From Candidatus Bathyarchaeota archaeon (lineage in GTDB: Archaea > Thermoproteota > Bathyarchaeia > Bathyarchaeales > Bathycorpusculaceae), in assembly GCA_963707955.1 (NCBI GenBank), contig OY970176.1, forward strand, positions 2,112,001 to 2,176,000: a stretch of 64,000 nucleotides of DNA. The letters run 5' to 3'. The notes below the pieces were generated by a model. It was not told the DNA's origin. It made no database searches and saw only the letters and a list, made by a program, of their open reading frames with translations. Shown here in pieces: positions 39,331-50,489 of this stretch (position 1 is its first letter; every line of letters begins with the position of its first letter). Position numbers and translations under genes: made by a program.

Positions 39331-41698
39331 ATGGAGAAGAAATCGCCTAGAATCGGCATTTTCGTGTGTGAATGCGGCGGCAACATAGGCGACGTTGTAG
39401 ACGTAAAGTCTGTCGTTGACACTGTTAAGAGTTGGCCTGACGTTGCAGTGGCCAAGTATCAAAAGTATCTCTGCTCCAAGCCAGCTCAGGAACTGATACT
39501 TGACTCTGTGAAGAGGGAGAACTTGGACAGAGTTGTGGTTGCAAGTTGTACACCGAGGATGCATCTTGCAACTTTCCAAGCTGTCATGGAGAGGGCCGGA
39601 TTGAACCCGTTCATGCTCGAATTTGTGAACATCAGGGAACAGGACTCCTGGGTTCACGGTCCTCACCCTTCAGCCGAGGCCACGAGAAAAGCCATAAGCC
39701 TAATTAGAGGCGGCTACGAGCGAAGCCAGCAGCTTGAAGCGTTGAAGACTATCAGCGAGAAGGGTTCTAGGGAGATTCTCATCGTTGGCGGCGGCATAGC
39801 AGGCATTACAGACCGCTCTTGAGCTTGGTTATCTCGGCTACAAGGTTCATCTAGTCGAACGGAAGCCGAGCATCGGCGGCAACATGGCGAAGCTGACGAA
39901 GGTCTTCCCAACACTGGACTGTGCGCAGTGCATCTTGACGCCGAGGATGGCGGAAGTGGGCAGAAACCCCAACGTTGCCCTGTACACGTATTCTGAAGTG
40001 CAAGAGGTCAGCGGCCGCCCAGGAAACTATGATGTCAAGGTTTTCATGAAACCTCGAGGCGTGGACTTGCAGAAGTGCAGAAGCTGCGGTGTCTGCGCCA
40101 AGGTTTGTCCTGTTTCGTGTCCAGACGAGTTCAACGAAGGCCTCTCGCAGAGGAAATCAGCTTACATCGAGTTCCCACAGGCTGTGCCCTCAGCCTATAC
40201 CATTGACTTTGAAACATGCACAAAGTGTGGAAAGTGTGAGCAGCTTTGCCCAGCCAAGGCAATAAGCCTGACAGACAAAGGGTGCACGGTCGACTTGCAC
40301 GTGGGAGGCATCATCATGGCAACTGGCTACCAGCTGTATGATGCCAAGAAGCTTGAGACTTACGGTTACGGCAACTACAAAGATGTCATCACCATGATGG
40401 ATCTGGAAAGATTCGTGTCGGCAACAGGCCCGACGGGCGGCTACGTCAAGAGGGCAGACGGCAGCGATGTCAAGAAAATCGGCATAGTGCTCTGCGCGGG
40501 CTCCAGGGATAAGAAATACATCCCATACTGCAGTCGCATCTGCTGCATGTACGCGCTAAAACAGGCTTTCGTGCTGAAGAAAATGCTCGGAATCGATGTT
40601 ACCATTTACTACACAGACATCAGGGCCACAGGCAAGGGTTACGAAGACCTCTACTGGCGTGACGAAGAGGCAGGAGTCAGTTTCATACGAGGCAAAGTGG
40701 CAGAAGTCTACAAAGATAACAAGAGCGGCAAGCTCGTTGCAGTGGCGGAAGACACGATAACCGGCGAAACGACCGAGGAGCAGTTTGACATGATCGCGCT
40801 GGCAACGCCGATGGTTCCGCCAGCAGGACTGAAGGAACTGGCCGAAAAAATGAAGGTCTCAATCGGTGAGGACGGTTTCATCACGGAGAAGCATCCGAAG
40901 CTTGACCCAGTGGATTCGCTTGTAACCGGAATTTTTGCTTGCGGCTGCGCTCTAAGCCCGAAAGACGTCCGTGACACGGTCTCAGACGGTTTAGCCGCGT
41001 CTGCCAAAGCGGCCCTGTTCTTGAAGAGTGATTATGTCACGACTTCTCCTGAGAAAGCCTTCGTGATCTCTGACCTGTGCAATGGCTGCGGCGGCTGCGT
41101 GCCCATTTGTCCAGTGAAAGCGATCAGCATGCAGAACGGCAAGGCCAAGGTCGACGCGTTCCAGTGCACAGGTTGCGGTGCATGCATACCTGTTTGCCCG
41201 CAAGAAGCCATAGACTTCAAGAACGCCACTGCGAAGCAGATAATTGCCAGTCTCAGAGGAGTTTTGGAAGAAAAGCAGTCTGGCGAAGTCAGAGTGGTCG
41301 CTTTTGTCGACAAGAATGTTGGCTACACCGGTATGGACTTCCTTGGACTGGACCGTACAAGTTATCCAGAAAACGTCAGGATCATTCCAGTTCCAACAAC
41401 TGCCATACTAGGCTTGAAACACCTGCTTTATGCTTTCGCATACGGTGCTGACGGTGTTCTGGTCGTTGAAGGAACGCAGGAGATCGACGAGAAGTTCACA
41501 AAGAAAAGAATGATAGATCTCGGAAAAGAACTGGCAAAATACGGAGTCGAAAACATGCGAGTACGCTACAGCTACGTGCCGTTGCCAGTCTACAAGAAAG
41601 CTGCCGAACTGTTCAGCATGTTCACTGACAGGATTAAGAAGTTCGGTCCGCTGCCAGAGGAGAAGCGCATCGCCATAAGAGAGAAGTTGTCTGCCTAA
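39331..41698 (+). CDS. hdrA: Heterodisulfide reductase subunit A-like protein with C-terminal MvhD-like domain; +1 frameshift at ~39812
   Basis: CECGGNIG, VVVASCTP, NIREQDSWVH, GGGIAGIT[+A]AALEL, KVFPTLDCAQCILTP, YCSRICC, ferredoxin motifs, GADGVLV tail. Confidence 0.88.
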
Positions 41699-42651
41699 CT
41701 GTGCCGGTCTTCCATTTGTAAGCCAATTTCTGGTGCCTGCGCGGCGCAGACTTGCGCAGTTTCTCTTGCTTCGGCCATTCTGTAGAACAGCGCCAGCATA
41801 CTTGCGACAAGAGCGTTAGAATTGGTCCAGAGGGCCGCAGTTCTGCTTCTCTTCTTCCTCGCTCTGCCCTCGTCTTGGGATTTTTTACTATAAACAATAA
41901 GAAGTTCTTCTCTGTCTGAGATGATGAAACAGGGCAGTTTGCTTACATCGCCAACGCAACATGAATGGTTTGACCAACCGATCCGTTCACAGAAGAATCT
42001 GCTCTTCAACGAGTCTTCAGTCAGCAGATTGATGCTCACATCGTAAGAGCGCTGCTCGAGATTATCCATGAAATCGCTGCGGTACAGTTGAGCTAGGTAC
42101 TCTTCAGGAGCAAAAATCCGCAGTTCCGTCCGAGTTTTCCCAAGAAGATCGTTGGCTTTTAGAATTACTTGAGATTCGCCTTCGAGTATTTGGAACACTT
42201 CCTTTTTGCTTTTATCGTTTCTTGGCTTTGGCATCGACGACCAAAGCTGGATCAAGTCGGCCTTTTCCTTTTCAAGAAGTTTGAGCCTCGTTTTTTCAGT
42301 TTCCATCAGTCGTTCGATTGCTTTATCAAGAGGCACCGCTGTGAACCTCAACGGTTTTTCGAAAGTTGAGAGCACGATGCCTCTTTTTTCCAAGTCCCGA
42401 AGTGTTCTGTAGGCTTCGGTTCGATGAAGTGATATAGCTTCAGCAATTTCTGCAGCTTTCTTTTCGTCGGCCTTTGCAAGGTAAACGTATGCTCTTATTT
42501 CGTTCTGCGACAGCCCATATCTTGCCAAGGCGTTATGCATAATCTCCAGCTGCTTGTTAGGACCCTTCTCTCTACACACGATCCTCCAAGGGTCTGCCTT
42601 TTCATCATGCACTCTGATGAGGTCGCGCGGTTTCATCATCGATAATGCCAA
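41695..42651 (-). CDS. TrmB-family transcriptional regulator
   Basis: YGLSQNEIRAYVYL, AAEIA...HRTEAYRTL..LEKRG, F.AVP, FIISDREELL, ALWTNS. Confidence 0.88.
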   Translation of the reverse strand: MALSMMKPRDLIRVHDEKADPWRIVCREKGPNKQLEIMHNALARYGLSQNEIRAYVYLAKADEKKAAEIAEAISLHRTEAYRTLRDLEKRGIVLSTFEKPLRFTAVPLDKAIERLMETEKTRLKLLEKEKADLIQLWSSMPKPRNDKSKKEVFQILEGESQVILKANDLLGKTRTELRIFAPEEYLAQLYRSDFMDNLEQRSYDVSINLLTEDSLKSRFFCERIGWSNHSCCVGDVSKLPCFIISDREELLIVYSKKSQDEGRARKKRSRTAALWTNSNALVASMLALFYRMAEARETAQVCAAQAPEIGLQMEDRHS

Positions 42652-43031
42652 GTTTTCACTTTGCCGTTTTTGAACCGGTTACGAGTTCTGATATACAACA
42701 TACTTTACGCTTATGAATACTGAATCTGAATTGAAGGTTCAGATTGATGAGGGCCCAACATGACCTCTTGATTTGTTGAGTCTTTTTCTGTCTGAATGTA
42801 CATTAACTGTCTGTCACAATGTCTACGCGCGTGTGGTTAAGTCCATTTCCTGTGCATATCTGTGATTTTGCGGCGAAAAAAGGCGGGCGCCTTTCACCGT
42901 TAAGAATATGGAGGGATCTAGCATGAACTGGAAACTAGTTGTCTTGAGAATCTTGCCCTTCGTGTTTTTCATCTTTCCATGATGTCTTAAACACTAGCGA
43001 AAATGCACCATCATATGGGGAGGTGAACAGG

Positions 43032-43426
43032 ATGAGAAAAGCAAAAAACTGGCTTTATCTGTGCATGATAGTGATGTTTCTTCTGACGTTCCTATCAACC
43101 ACAGGTCTGTTCCTCGGCCAACAGTAGCTTGCAGTCGAGTACTGTCCACAATTCCGAGAAAACTGAAAGCTTGGTATGACTCCGAAGCTGTGAGATTCTT
43201 CTTCTTCAGGGAGGAGAATCCAGTTCACCGCGTTGCAGGAGCGATTGGCTTAGGGGAAGCGGTGGCATTGATTAGTGCTGTCGGCATAGGATCAATGGTT
43301 CTTGCGCGGTTTGGACTTGAGATCGTCGGCTACTACAACTTCGCGGGCGGAATACTGTTCTTGACTGCACTCGCCTTCGGCACGCTTGAACTGGCCCACT
43401 ACGTCTTTGATAGACCCGAATTTTAG
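43032..43426 (+). pseudogene. Degenerate small membrane-protein gene
   Basis: SD gaggtga then MRKAKNWLYLCMIVMFLLTFLSTTGLFLGQQ*; hydrophobic continuation in another frame (REENPVH...LELAHYVF). Confidence 0.4.
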
Positions 43427-43863
43427 TCTAATTCCCCCGTTTTTTCTAATTTTCGGGCCAAATTTTTTTTCGGCATCGTCATTATCCGTGTTGACCCGTC
43501 TCCTCTGGCAGCAGCCACGGACGGCAAAACACATGCGGAACCGTTCCATTTGTTACCAGAATTACACGTATAGTAAAAGGTGCGTGACGTGCATTTTGAA
43601 TTGTTGCAGCAGTAGCATACTAAAGTGGAATTTGGGACTGGGCTGCTCACGGTTCCGCATGTAGAGTAATCATAGTATTGTCCTGAACAATTCCCCACGA
43701 TTGAACATGGATTTGGCGCGTACGGGTCTTCACTCCGTTGGCGTGCTTCGACGCATTCAACAGCCCTTTCTGCAAGCTCATACGCCCTGATTAGGTCAAG
43801 ATGTCTCCTATGGTTTTCGATGAGGTTGAGGACGAGTTTCTGTACGCAGTCGCCGCAGGCCAA
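43423..43863 (-). CDS. Cys-rich hypothetical protein
   Basis: N-terminal CGDC plus helical segment, then a ~60-aa region with 9 Cys ending CNSGNKWNGSAC. Confidence 0.55.
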   Translation of the reverse strand: MACGDCVQKLVLNLIENHRRHLDLIRAYELAERAVECVEARQRSEDPYAPNPCSIVGNCSGQYYDYSTCGTVSSPVPNSTLVCYCCNNSKCTSRTFYYTCNSGNKWNGSACVLPSVAAARGDGSTRIMTMPKKNLARKLEKTGELD

Positions 43864-44108
43864 GGTTTATGGAACACTACTCCTGAGCATATTCAACGTC
43901 CACGAGCATGTTTGATTCGGCGCTTGCGCTGTAGCAGTCTATTTCTTTTGGCTGACGCCTTATGGCAAGTGTCCCGGTATCTGCTAGAGGATGAGAATAT
44001 GAGACCCCCGGACGTCTTTCTTTTTTTAAGGATGTAAGGAAGCACCTTTCGGAAAACGAACCGTTGAGGTTTCTCTTGTTCATAGAAAAAGTGCCAAAAC
44101 ACAGAGTC

Positions 44109-44279
44109 ATGGAAGACATCAACATCTTGTTTCTTGCATTCTTGCGTGTTGCATGTTTTGCTGTAGGACTAGCAGGTTTCGTCGTCTTGATACAGTACGC
44201 TTTCTTTGGATTTCTGTTATACTACGTTGGAGTACTTTTCGTTCTGCTTGAGTTGCAGCACTGCCTCTTCAACAGGTAA
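44109..44279 (+). CDS. Small 2-TM hypothetical protein
   Basis: MEDINILFLAFLRVACFAVGLAGFVVLIQYAFFGFLLYYVGVLFVLLEL... Confidence 0.4.
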   Translation: MEDINILFLAFLRVACFAVGLAGFVVLIQYAFFGFLLYYVGVLFVLLELQHCLFNR

Positions 44280-44364
44280 CTACGTTAGCTGATTGCGAAG
44301 CAGAAGAGTTGAAAAGTTCTTTTATACTGTGAGCGGTAGAATACTATCCAGTGAGGTATGCGAG

Positions 44365-44748
44365 TTGAAGACTGTGCAATGTCCTCTGTGCAGACTTGAT
44401 TTGAAAAAGGAGAAAATCTACTACGATGACAACTCATTCTTAGTCTTGAGAACCAAGAATTTGAAGGGACACAAGGAGAGAATTATGATAGTGTACAAGC
44501 AGCATGAACACACCATACCCTACAAGGCTTTTGAACGTGCTCTGGACCTGCTTTCTGACATAGGGAAGAAAGTCTTCAGCTATACTCCAAAGTTTGTGAT
44601 AATGGACACGACGTTTGCGACGATAAACGATCATTGGCACCTTGTCGGAACAGATCTCGACCCCAAGAGCAAGGATTTTGACCAGATTCTGGCGACCAAA
44701 TGGATCAAAGTTGTAGACAACACGGTGGAGAAAGAAAGCGAAGCCTAG
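44365..44748 (+). CDS. HIT-like hypothetical protein
   Basis: CPLC, IYYDD..F.V, +MIV.K.H, HWHLV; SD gaggt before TTG 44365. Confidence 0.65.
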   Translation: MKTVQCPLCRLDLKKEKIYYDDNSFLVLRTKNLKGHKERIMIVYKQHEHTIPYKAFERALDLLSDIGKKVFSYTPKFVIMDTTFATINDHWHLVGTDLDPKSKDFDQILATKWIKVVDNTVEKESEA

Positions 44749-44978
44749 CCTGTGAATTGCAAAGATTAAGGTTTAGTCTCCATAAAGCGCGCGAAAACGG
44801 CTTGCTCAGACTGTAAGGGCTAAAAGAACTGCGCGGGCATAATCTCTCCATTGGCCGGAGTTTCTTTCGGAACCATTCACGCCTAATGCCCGCTAAAGCC
44901 ATTAAAGCAAACTAATGTTCAAAGGCGAAGCTAAGCGCGATCCATGATTGCAAGGTATCCGAAGTGCGCTCTGTCAGG

Positions 44979-44991
44979 CAAAAGTTATATG
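44979..44991 (+). promoter_or_regulatory. BRE/TATA-like promoter for the ETF/beta-oxidation operon
   Basis: caaaagTTATATg ~47 nt before the etfB ATG. Confidence 0.5.
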
Positions 44992-45037
44992 AAAACGAGT
45001 GTGAAACAGACTCACCATCTAGGAGAGTCAAGTTGAC

Positions 45038-45826
45038 ATGGACATAATTGTATGCGCCAAACATGTTCCAGAGACAGCTGAAGCAGAATTGAAAATCGAC
45101 ACCACAGGAAAAAGCATAGACAAGACGGGCTTGGTCTTCGACATCAACGAGTGGGACGACTACGCACTGGAAGAAGCCGTGCGGATAAAGGAGAAACAGG
45201 GGGGAACGGTCACTGCGATAACACTAGGCGGCGACGACTCTGACAGTACGCTTCGAAAATGCATGGCTCGTGGAGCGGACAAGGCGATAAGGATGACCGA
45301 CCCGAAGTTCAACGGCTCCGACGGCTATGCGGTCGCGAGGATTCTGCACAGCGCAATAAAGAACCTGCATTACGACTTGATCCTGACTGGAATGCAGGCA
45401 GGTGATGACGGAAGCGCAACAGTTGGACCGATACTCGCAGAACTGCTCAATATCCCACACGCGACGATGGTGAAGAAAATCGAGATAGGCACAGGTGTGG
45501 CTAAAGTCAATCGTGAACTTGAAGGAGGCTTGGAAGAGCAGGTTGAAGTTAAACTACCCGCGCTTTTCTCCGTGCAGACGGGGATAAACGAACCCAGGTA
45601 TGTCTCGATAATGGGAATCCGAAAAGCCATGCAGAAAGAGATCAAGGTGATGGCGCTTGCCGACACGGGCTTAACTGAAAACGACGTTGGTCCAGCGGGT
45701 TCATGGACAACTATAGAAAGGATGTATGTTCCACTAGCGGCGAAACAGGCTGAGTTTCTGAAGGGAAGCCCAGAGGAAGTTGCAGCTAAGATTGCTGAGA
45801 TCCTCAAGGCAAGGGGGTTAATTTAA
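45038..45826 (+). CDS. etfB: Electron transfer flavoprotein beta subunit
   Basis: IIVCAKHVPE, INEWD.YALEEA, GADKAI, G.QAGD, NEPRY. Confidence 0.95.
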   Translation: MDIIVCAKHVPETAEAELKIDTTGKSIDKTGLVFDINEWDDYALEEAVRIKEKQGGTVTAITLGGDDSDSTLRKCMARGADKAIRMTDPKFNGSDGYAVARILHSAIKNLHYDLILTGMQAGDDGSATVGPILAELLNIPHATMVKKIEIGTGVAKVNRELEGGLEEQVEVKLPALFSVQTGINEPRYVSIMGIRKAMQKEIKVMALADTGLTENDVGPAGSWTTIERMYVPLAAKQAEFLKGSPEEVAAKIAEILKARGLI

Positions 45827-45827
45827 C

Positions 45828-46823
45828 ATGACAGAGATCTTCGTTTTAGCCGAGCACAGACAGGGACAGATAAGAGACATAACCTTCGAAATGCTCACAA
45901 AAGCCAGAGAACTCTCAGAAAAGACTGGTGCAGAGCTCAACGCCGTTCTGCTGGGAAAAACCGTAAAGGAACACGTCAAAAGTCTGGCAGAATACGCAAA
46001 GAACGTGTTGCTCATTGAAGATTCCAAACTTGAGAACTTCAACTCCGAAGCTTACAGGAAAATCCTCACAACCCTGATCACCGCGCATAAGCCATTACTG
46101 TTGCTAATGGGACACACCTCATATGGCGTCGAACTAGCTCCAAGATTAGCGGCCGGCTTGAACCTACCCCTGGCCACAGACTGCATAGACATAGCTTTTG
46201 AAGGCGGAGGGTTCATGATCACTAGACAGATGTACGGTGGCAAGGTGAACGTCCAGGCCAACATCCGCAAAGCCGAAACTTACATTGCGACCATCCGTCA
46301 GGCAACCTTTACCCCTCAGAAACCGATGCCTCCTGCAAATGGACGAATAACGGAAATTCCCTCAACGCTCACGGAAGAAATACGAGAAAAACGGTTCCTA
46401 CAATACGTTTTGCCGCCTCCAGGCGGAGTTGACATCACAGCTGCAGACAAACTGGTCGGCATCGGCAGGGGAATAAAGGATGCGGCCAACTTGCCAATAA
46501 TGGAAGAGCTTGCAAAAACCCTGGGTGCGGTGCTCTCGTGCTCTCGTCCAATCGTGGACAAAGGTTGGCTACCTACCGGCCGCCAAGTCGGCACGTCTGG
46601 AAAAACTGTGAAGCCCAAGCTCTACATCGCCGTAGGCATAAGCGGCGCCTTCCAACATGTTCTAGGGATGAAAAGCTCAGACCTCATCATAGCCATAAAC
46701 AAGGACCCCAAAGCACCCATCTTCAGCTTCTCGGACTACGGCGTTGTCGACGACCTTTTCAAAGTGGTACCTGCATTGAAAAGCAAAGTATATGAGCTTC
46801 AAACGAAGAAAAAAGGCTCCTAA
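45828..46823 (+). CDS. etfA: Electron transfer flavoprotein alpha subunit
   Basis: GIGRG, SRPIVD, QVGTSGKTVKPKLYIAVGISGAFQH, AINKD. Confidence 0.95.
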   Translation: MTEIFVLAEHRQGQIRDITFEMLTKARELSEKTGAELNAVLLGKTVKEHVKSLAEYAKNVLLIEDSKLENFNSEAYRKILTTLITAHKPLLLLMGHTSYGVELAPRLAAGLNLPLATDCIDIAFEGGGFMITRQMYGGKVNVQANIRKAETYIATIRQATFTPQKPMPPANGRITEIPSTLTEEIREKRFLQYVLPPPGGVDITAADKLVGIGRGIKDAANLPIMEELAKTLGAVLSCSRPIVDKGWLPTGRQVGTSGKTVKPKLYIAVGISGAFQHVLGMKSSDLIIAINKDPKAPIFSFSDYGVVDDLFKVVPALKSKVYELQTKKKGS

Positions 46824-46840
46824 ACGGGAGAAAGAGGATT

Positions 46841-47996
46841 ATGGACTTCAGATTGAACGATGAGCAAAAGGAAATTGTGAAGGCTGTCCGAGAATTCTGT
46901 GCGAAGGAGTTCACTCCGGAACTTGCATTGGAGTTGGACCAGAAAGAAGAGTTCCCAATGGCCCTCTATAAGAAGGCTGCGCAGTCTCGGTTTCACTAGC
47001 ATGCGAATACCCCAAGAATATTGTGGACAGGGGTACGGAGTTTTCGAAGATTGCCTCGTGGTTGAGGAGATGTGCCGTGCAGATCCAGGCCTCGGAGTCG
47101 CTGTCTCGCTTGGAAACCTAATGATCCCGGACGTGCTGCTGAAACACGGGAATGAAGAGCAAAAGAAGAAATACATTACGCCCTTGGCAACAGGTGAACA
47201 CATAGCTGCAGCAGCCTTCACAGAACCCGAACATGGCAGTGACATTACACGCATGGATTCAACAGCTATGAAGACAGGCAGCGAGTGGACAATAAACGGT
47301 GCGAAGGAGTTCATAACAAACGCCACAACAGCAGACACTTTCATAATACTGTGCCAGTCAGATCCCAACGTACAACCGTCGCACAGAGGACAAAGCCTAT
47401 TCCTTGCGGAAAAAGGGATGTGTGGCTTGGAGGCAACGAAGCTGCACGGCAAGATGGGCATCAAACCATGCGTCACCGGTTCGCTTTCCATGGCTGAGTT
47501 AAAGGTTCCAGAAGCTAACGTCGTAGGAGAACTGTGCAAGGGCTTCTACTACACTCTTGAACTTTTCGACGGAACCAGAATCACCGTTGCCGCTCAAGCA
47601 GTCGGCATGGCGCAAGGTGCTTTCGAACGGGCCCTAACTTACGCGAAAACGAGGAAACAGTTCGGTCAACCAATAATAAATTTCCAAGGAATAGGCTTCA
47701 AGCTTGCAGAGATGGCGATGAAAATAGAGTCAGCGCGGCTGATGATGTACAAGGCAGCTTGGCTCTACGACAAAGAGAAACCGAACGCTGTAGCAACCTC
47801 AATGGCCAAAGCGTTTGCAAGCAGGGCCGCCATGGAAGTCACAGACGACGCGATCCAGATCTTCGGAGGCTACGGCTACCTAGCCGACTATCACGTCGAA
47901 CGCTATCACAGATGTGCCAAGATAACCGAGATCTACGAAGGAACGAGTGAAATGCAGAAGTACACGATAACGAACTATTTGATGAAACAGCAGTAG
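46841..47996 (+). CDS. Acyl-CoA dehydrogenase; +1 frameshift at ~46985
   Basis: MDFRLNDEQKEIVKAVREFC...KAAQ[+T]LGFTSM; TEPEHGSD, NGAKEFITN, RKQFG, IFGGYGY, IYEGTSE. Confidence 0.9.
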
Positions 47997-48097
47997 CAAA
48001 CTCACGTTCTTTTTGTTCTTTTTCTAAACATGGATCACACATTCAAAAGTTTTATTACCCTTCTTCGAGCAATTCATTAAACGTTGGGAGGACCATT

Positions 48098-49288
48098 TTG
48101 GCAGCTGAGAAACTGAAGAAAATGGCAATTATAGGCTCGGGAGCAATGGGCCACGGCATCGCCGAAATGCTTGCAATGACAGGATACGAGGTGACAATGG
48201 TAGACGTAAGCGACGACCTTCTCCAGAAAGGAAAAGAAAAAATCAAGTGGAGCTTGGACAAATTCGTTGAGAAAAAAAGAATAAGACGAGAAGACATCGA
48301 CGCTGCACTGGCAAGAATAAAAACGACGACCAGTTATGAACAAGCCGCTAAGGACATAGACCTAGCCATCGAAGCAGTACCAGAAAAAATGGAACTCAAG
48401 AGGAAAGTCTTTGCCACATTGGACTCAACAGCACCTGCGCATGCAATACTCGCCTCCAACACATCAACGCTGAGCATAACAGAAATGGGCAAGGCAACGA
48501 AGCGCCCGGACAAAGTCGCAGGAATGCACTTCTTTAATCCACCAATGATGATGACACTGATCGAAGTCATCAAAGGAGAAAACACGAGCCAAGAAACGAT
48601 TACCACGCTTTCCGAACTCGCAAAGAAACTCGGAAAAACTCCTATAGTGGTAAGAAAGGACGTGCGAGGCTTCATAGTGAACCGTGTGCTCGGAGCCGTG
48701 TTCAACGAGGCGTTCTGGGCCTACAAGCGGGGAGAAGCGACCAAGGAAGGAATAGACTCTTCGGTCAAGTATACGGGCGGTTTTCCAATGGGGTGGTTTG
48801 AACTGGCAGACTTTGTCGGTCTAGACATAGCCTATGAAGTCGGCAACATTCTGTACGAGGCCTACGGCGAACGCTTCAAGCCATGCTCAGAAGTCGTCGA
48901 CCCCCTCATAAAGGAAAAGAAGTTCGGCCAGAAAACGGGTGTAGGATTCTATGACTGGACGAAGGGCCGACCGGGAATACCCTTCAACCTGTTGGACGAG
49001 TATGACGTGGAAAGGTCCTGGGCAGTTGCTGCAAACGAGGCCGCATGGATCATTCACGATGATGCTGCCAACCCAGAAGACATTGACGCTGGAATGAAAC
49101 TGGGCACGTTCTGGCCTTCAGGTCCATGTGAATACGCAGACCGTATTGGTCTAGACACAGTTGTCAACAAGCTTAAAGAGCTTCATGGCAAGTACAACAT
49201 GGAAATGTACAAGCCGTGTCCACTTCTTGAAGAGTACGTGGGCAAAGGCTGGACTGGGAAGAAAGTTGGAAGGGGGTTCTACAAATGA
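48098..49288 (+). CDS. 3-hydroxyacyl-CoA dehydrogenase (duplicated C-terminal domain)
   Basis: GSGAMGHGIA, EAVPE, ASNTS, GMHFFNP, GFIVNR, D.VGLD. Confidence 0.95.
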   Translation: MAAEKLKKMAIIGSGAMGHGIAEMLAMTGYEVTMVDVSDDLLQKGKEKIKWSLDKFVEKKRIRREDIDAALARIKTTTSYEQAAKDIDLAIEAVPEKMELKRKVFATLDSTAPAHAILASNTSTLSITEMGKATKRPDKVAGMHFFNPPMMMTLIEVIKGENTSQETITTLSELAKKLGKTPIVVRKDVRGFIVNRVLGAVFNEAFWAYKRGEATKEGIDSSVKYTGGFPMGWFELADFVGLDIAYEVGNILYEAYGERFKPCSEVVDPLIKEKKFGQKTGVGFYDWTKGRPGIPFNLLDEYDVERSWAVAANEAAWIIHDDAANPEDIDAGMKLGTFWPSGPCEYADRIGLDTVVNKLKELHGKYNMEMYKPCPLLEEYVGKGWTGKKVGRGFYK

Positions 49289-50439
49289 AGTTTGATTTGA
49301 CAGAAGAACAGTTGCACATCAAAAACGCAGTACGAGAGTTCTGCCAGAAAGAATTCAAACCGGAATTAGCGTTGGAACTCGACAAGAAAGAAGAGTTCCC
49401 AATGGAACTGTACAAGCAAGCAGCCAAACTGGGTTTTACGAGCATGATGTTCCCAGAAGAATACGGTGGACAAGGCTTCGGACTACTTGAAACCTGCATA
49501 GCAATTGAGGAAATGTGCCGCGGAGACTCATCGCTTGGCGTTGCCATCTCAAGCGGAAACTTCGGCAGCGAACTCGTCATGACTCACGGAAGCAAAGAGC
49601 AGAAGGAAAAGTATCTGCCTCCGATATGCAGAGGCGACTTCATGTCTGCAGCGGCGTTCACCGAACCGAACGTCAGCGGAAGCGACATAAACCACATGGA
49701 AACCACAGCCACCAAGTATGGAAACGAATGGTGGATAAACGGACCGAAAACCTTCATCACAAACGCCACGGTTGCAGATTTCATAGTCGTTCTTACACAA
49801 ACAGACACTAAGATCAGGCCTACACACCGTGGCGAAACACTGTTTGTTGTTGACAAGGGAACACCCGGCCTTGAAGCCACGAAACTGCATAACAAGATGG
49901 GAATCAGAGCATCCATAACCGGGGAGCTAAACTTCAGCAACGTCAAAGTGACAGACTGGAACATAATAGGAGAACTGAACAAGGGATTCTACTATTCCAT
50001 GGAGTTCTTCGACAAGACCAGAGTGGGCGTTGCTGCACAAGCCGTTGGCATGGCGCAGGGAGCATGGGAAATCGCCTTCAAGTACGCTAAACAGCGAGAA
50101 GCTTTCGGTATGCCCATAATGCAGCACGAGGCAATAGGAGTCACCTTAGCAGAAATGGCAACAAAGATCGAAGCTGCAAGGTTACTCACCTACAAGGCTG
50201 CAGTTTCGGTTGACGAAGGAAAACTAGATGCTATGGCAACGGCTATGGCCAAGTACTACGCAAGCCACGTTGCAATGGAAGCTACGGACTCCGCAATTCA
50301 AACCTTGGGAGGCTATGGATACTTCGGTGAATACCGCGTTGAAAAATACCACAGAGACGCAAAAATAACTGAAATTTACGAGGGCACAAGCGAGATCCAA
50401 AAGCTGCAAGTACTCAAGTATCTTCTGAGCAAGTATTAG
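49285..50439 (+). CDS. Acyl-CoA dehydrogenase (paralog of 46841-47996)
   Basis: TEPNVSGSD, NGPKTFITN, REAFG, LGGYGY, IYEGTSEIQ. Confidence 0.95.
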   Translation: MKFDLTEEQLHIKNAVREFCQKEFKPELALELDKKEEFPMELYKQAAKLGFTSMMFPEEYGGQGFGLLETCIAIEEMCRGDSSLGVAISSGNFGSELVMTHGSKEQKEKYLPPICRGDFMSAAAFTEPNVSGSDINHMETTATKYGNEWWINGPKTFITNATVADFIVVLTQTDTKIRPTHRGETLFVVDKGTPGLEATKLHNKMGIRASITGELNFSNVKVTDWNIIGELNKGFYYSMEFFDKTRVGVAAQAVGMAQGAWEIAFKYAKQREAFGMPIMQHEAIGVTLAEMATKIEAARLLTYKAAVSVDEGKLDAMATAMAKYYASHVAMEATDSAIQTLGGYGYFGEYRVEKYHRDAKITEIYEGTSEIQKLQVLKYLLSKY

Positions 50440-50489
50440 AGGGTTAAGTGAAAAAATCATATATGCAAATGAAACAAACAAGGAAATAG

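Noticed and set aside
44833-44893. GCGGGCAT...ATGCCCGC inverted repeat as a riboswitch
   Set aside because: Only 8 bp, upstream of the putative TATA box, and no known aptamer consensus.
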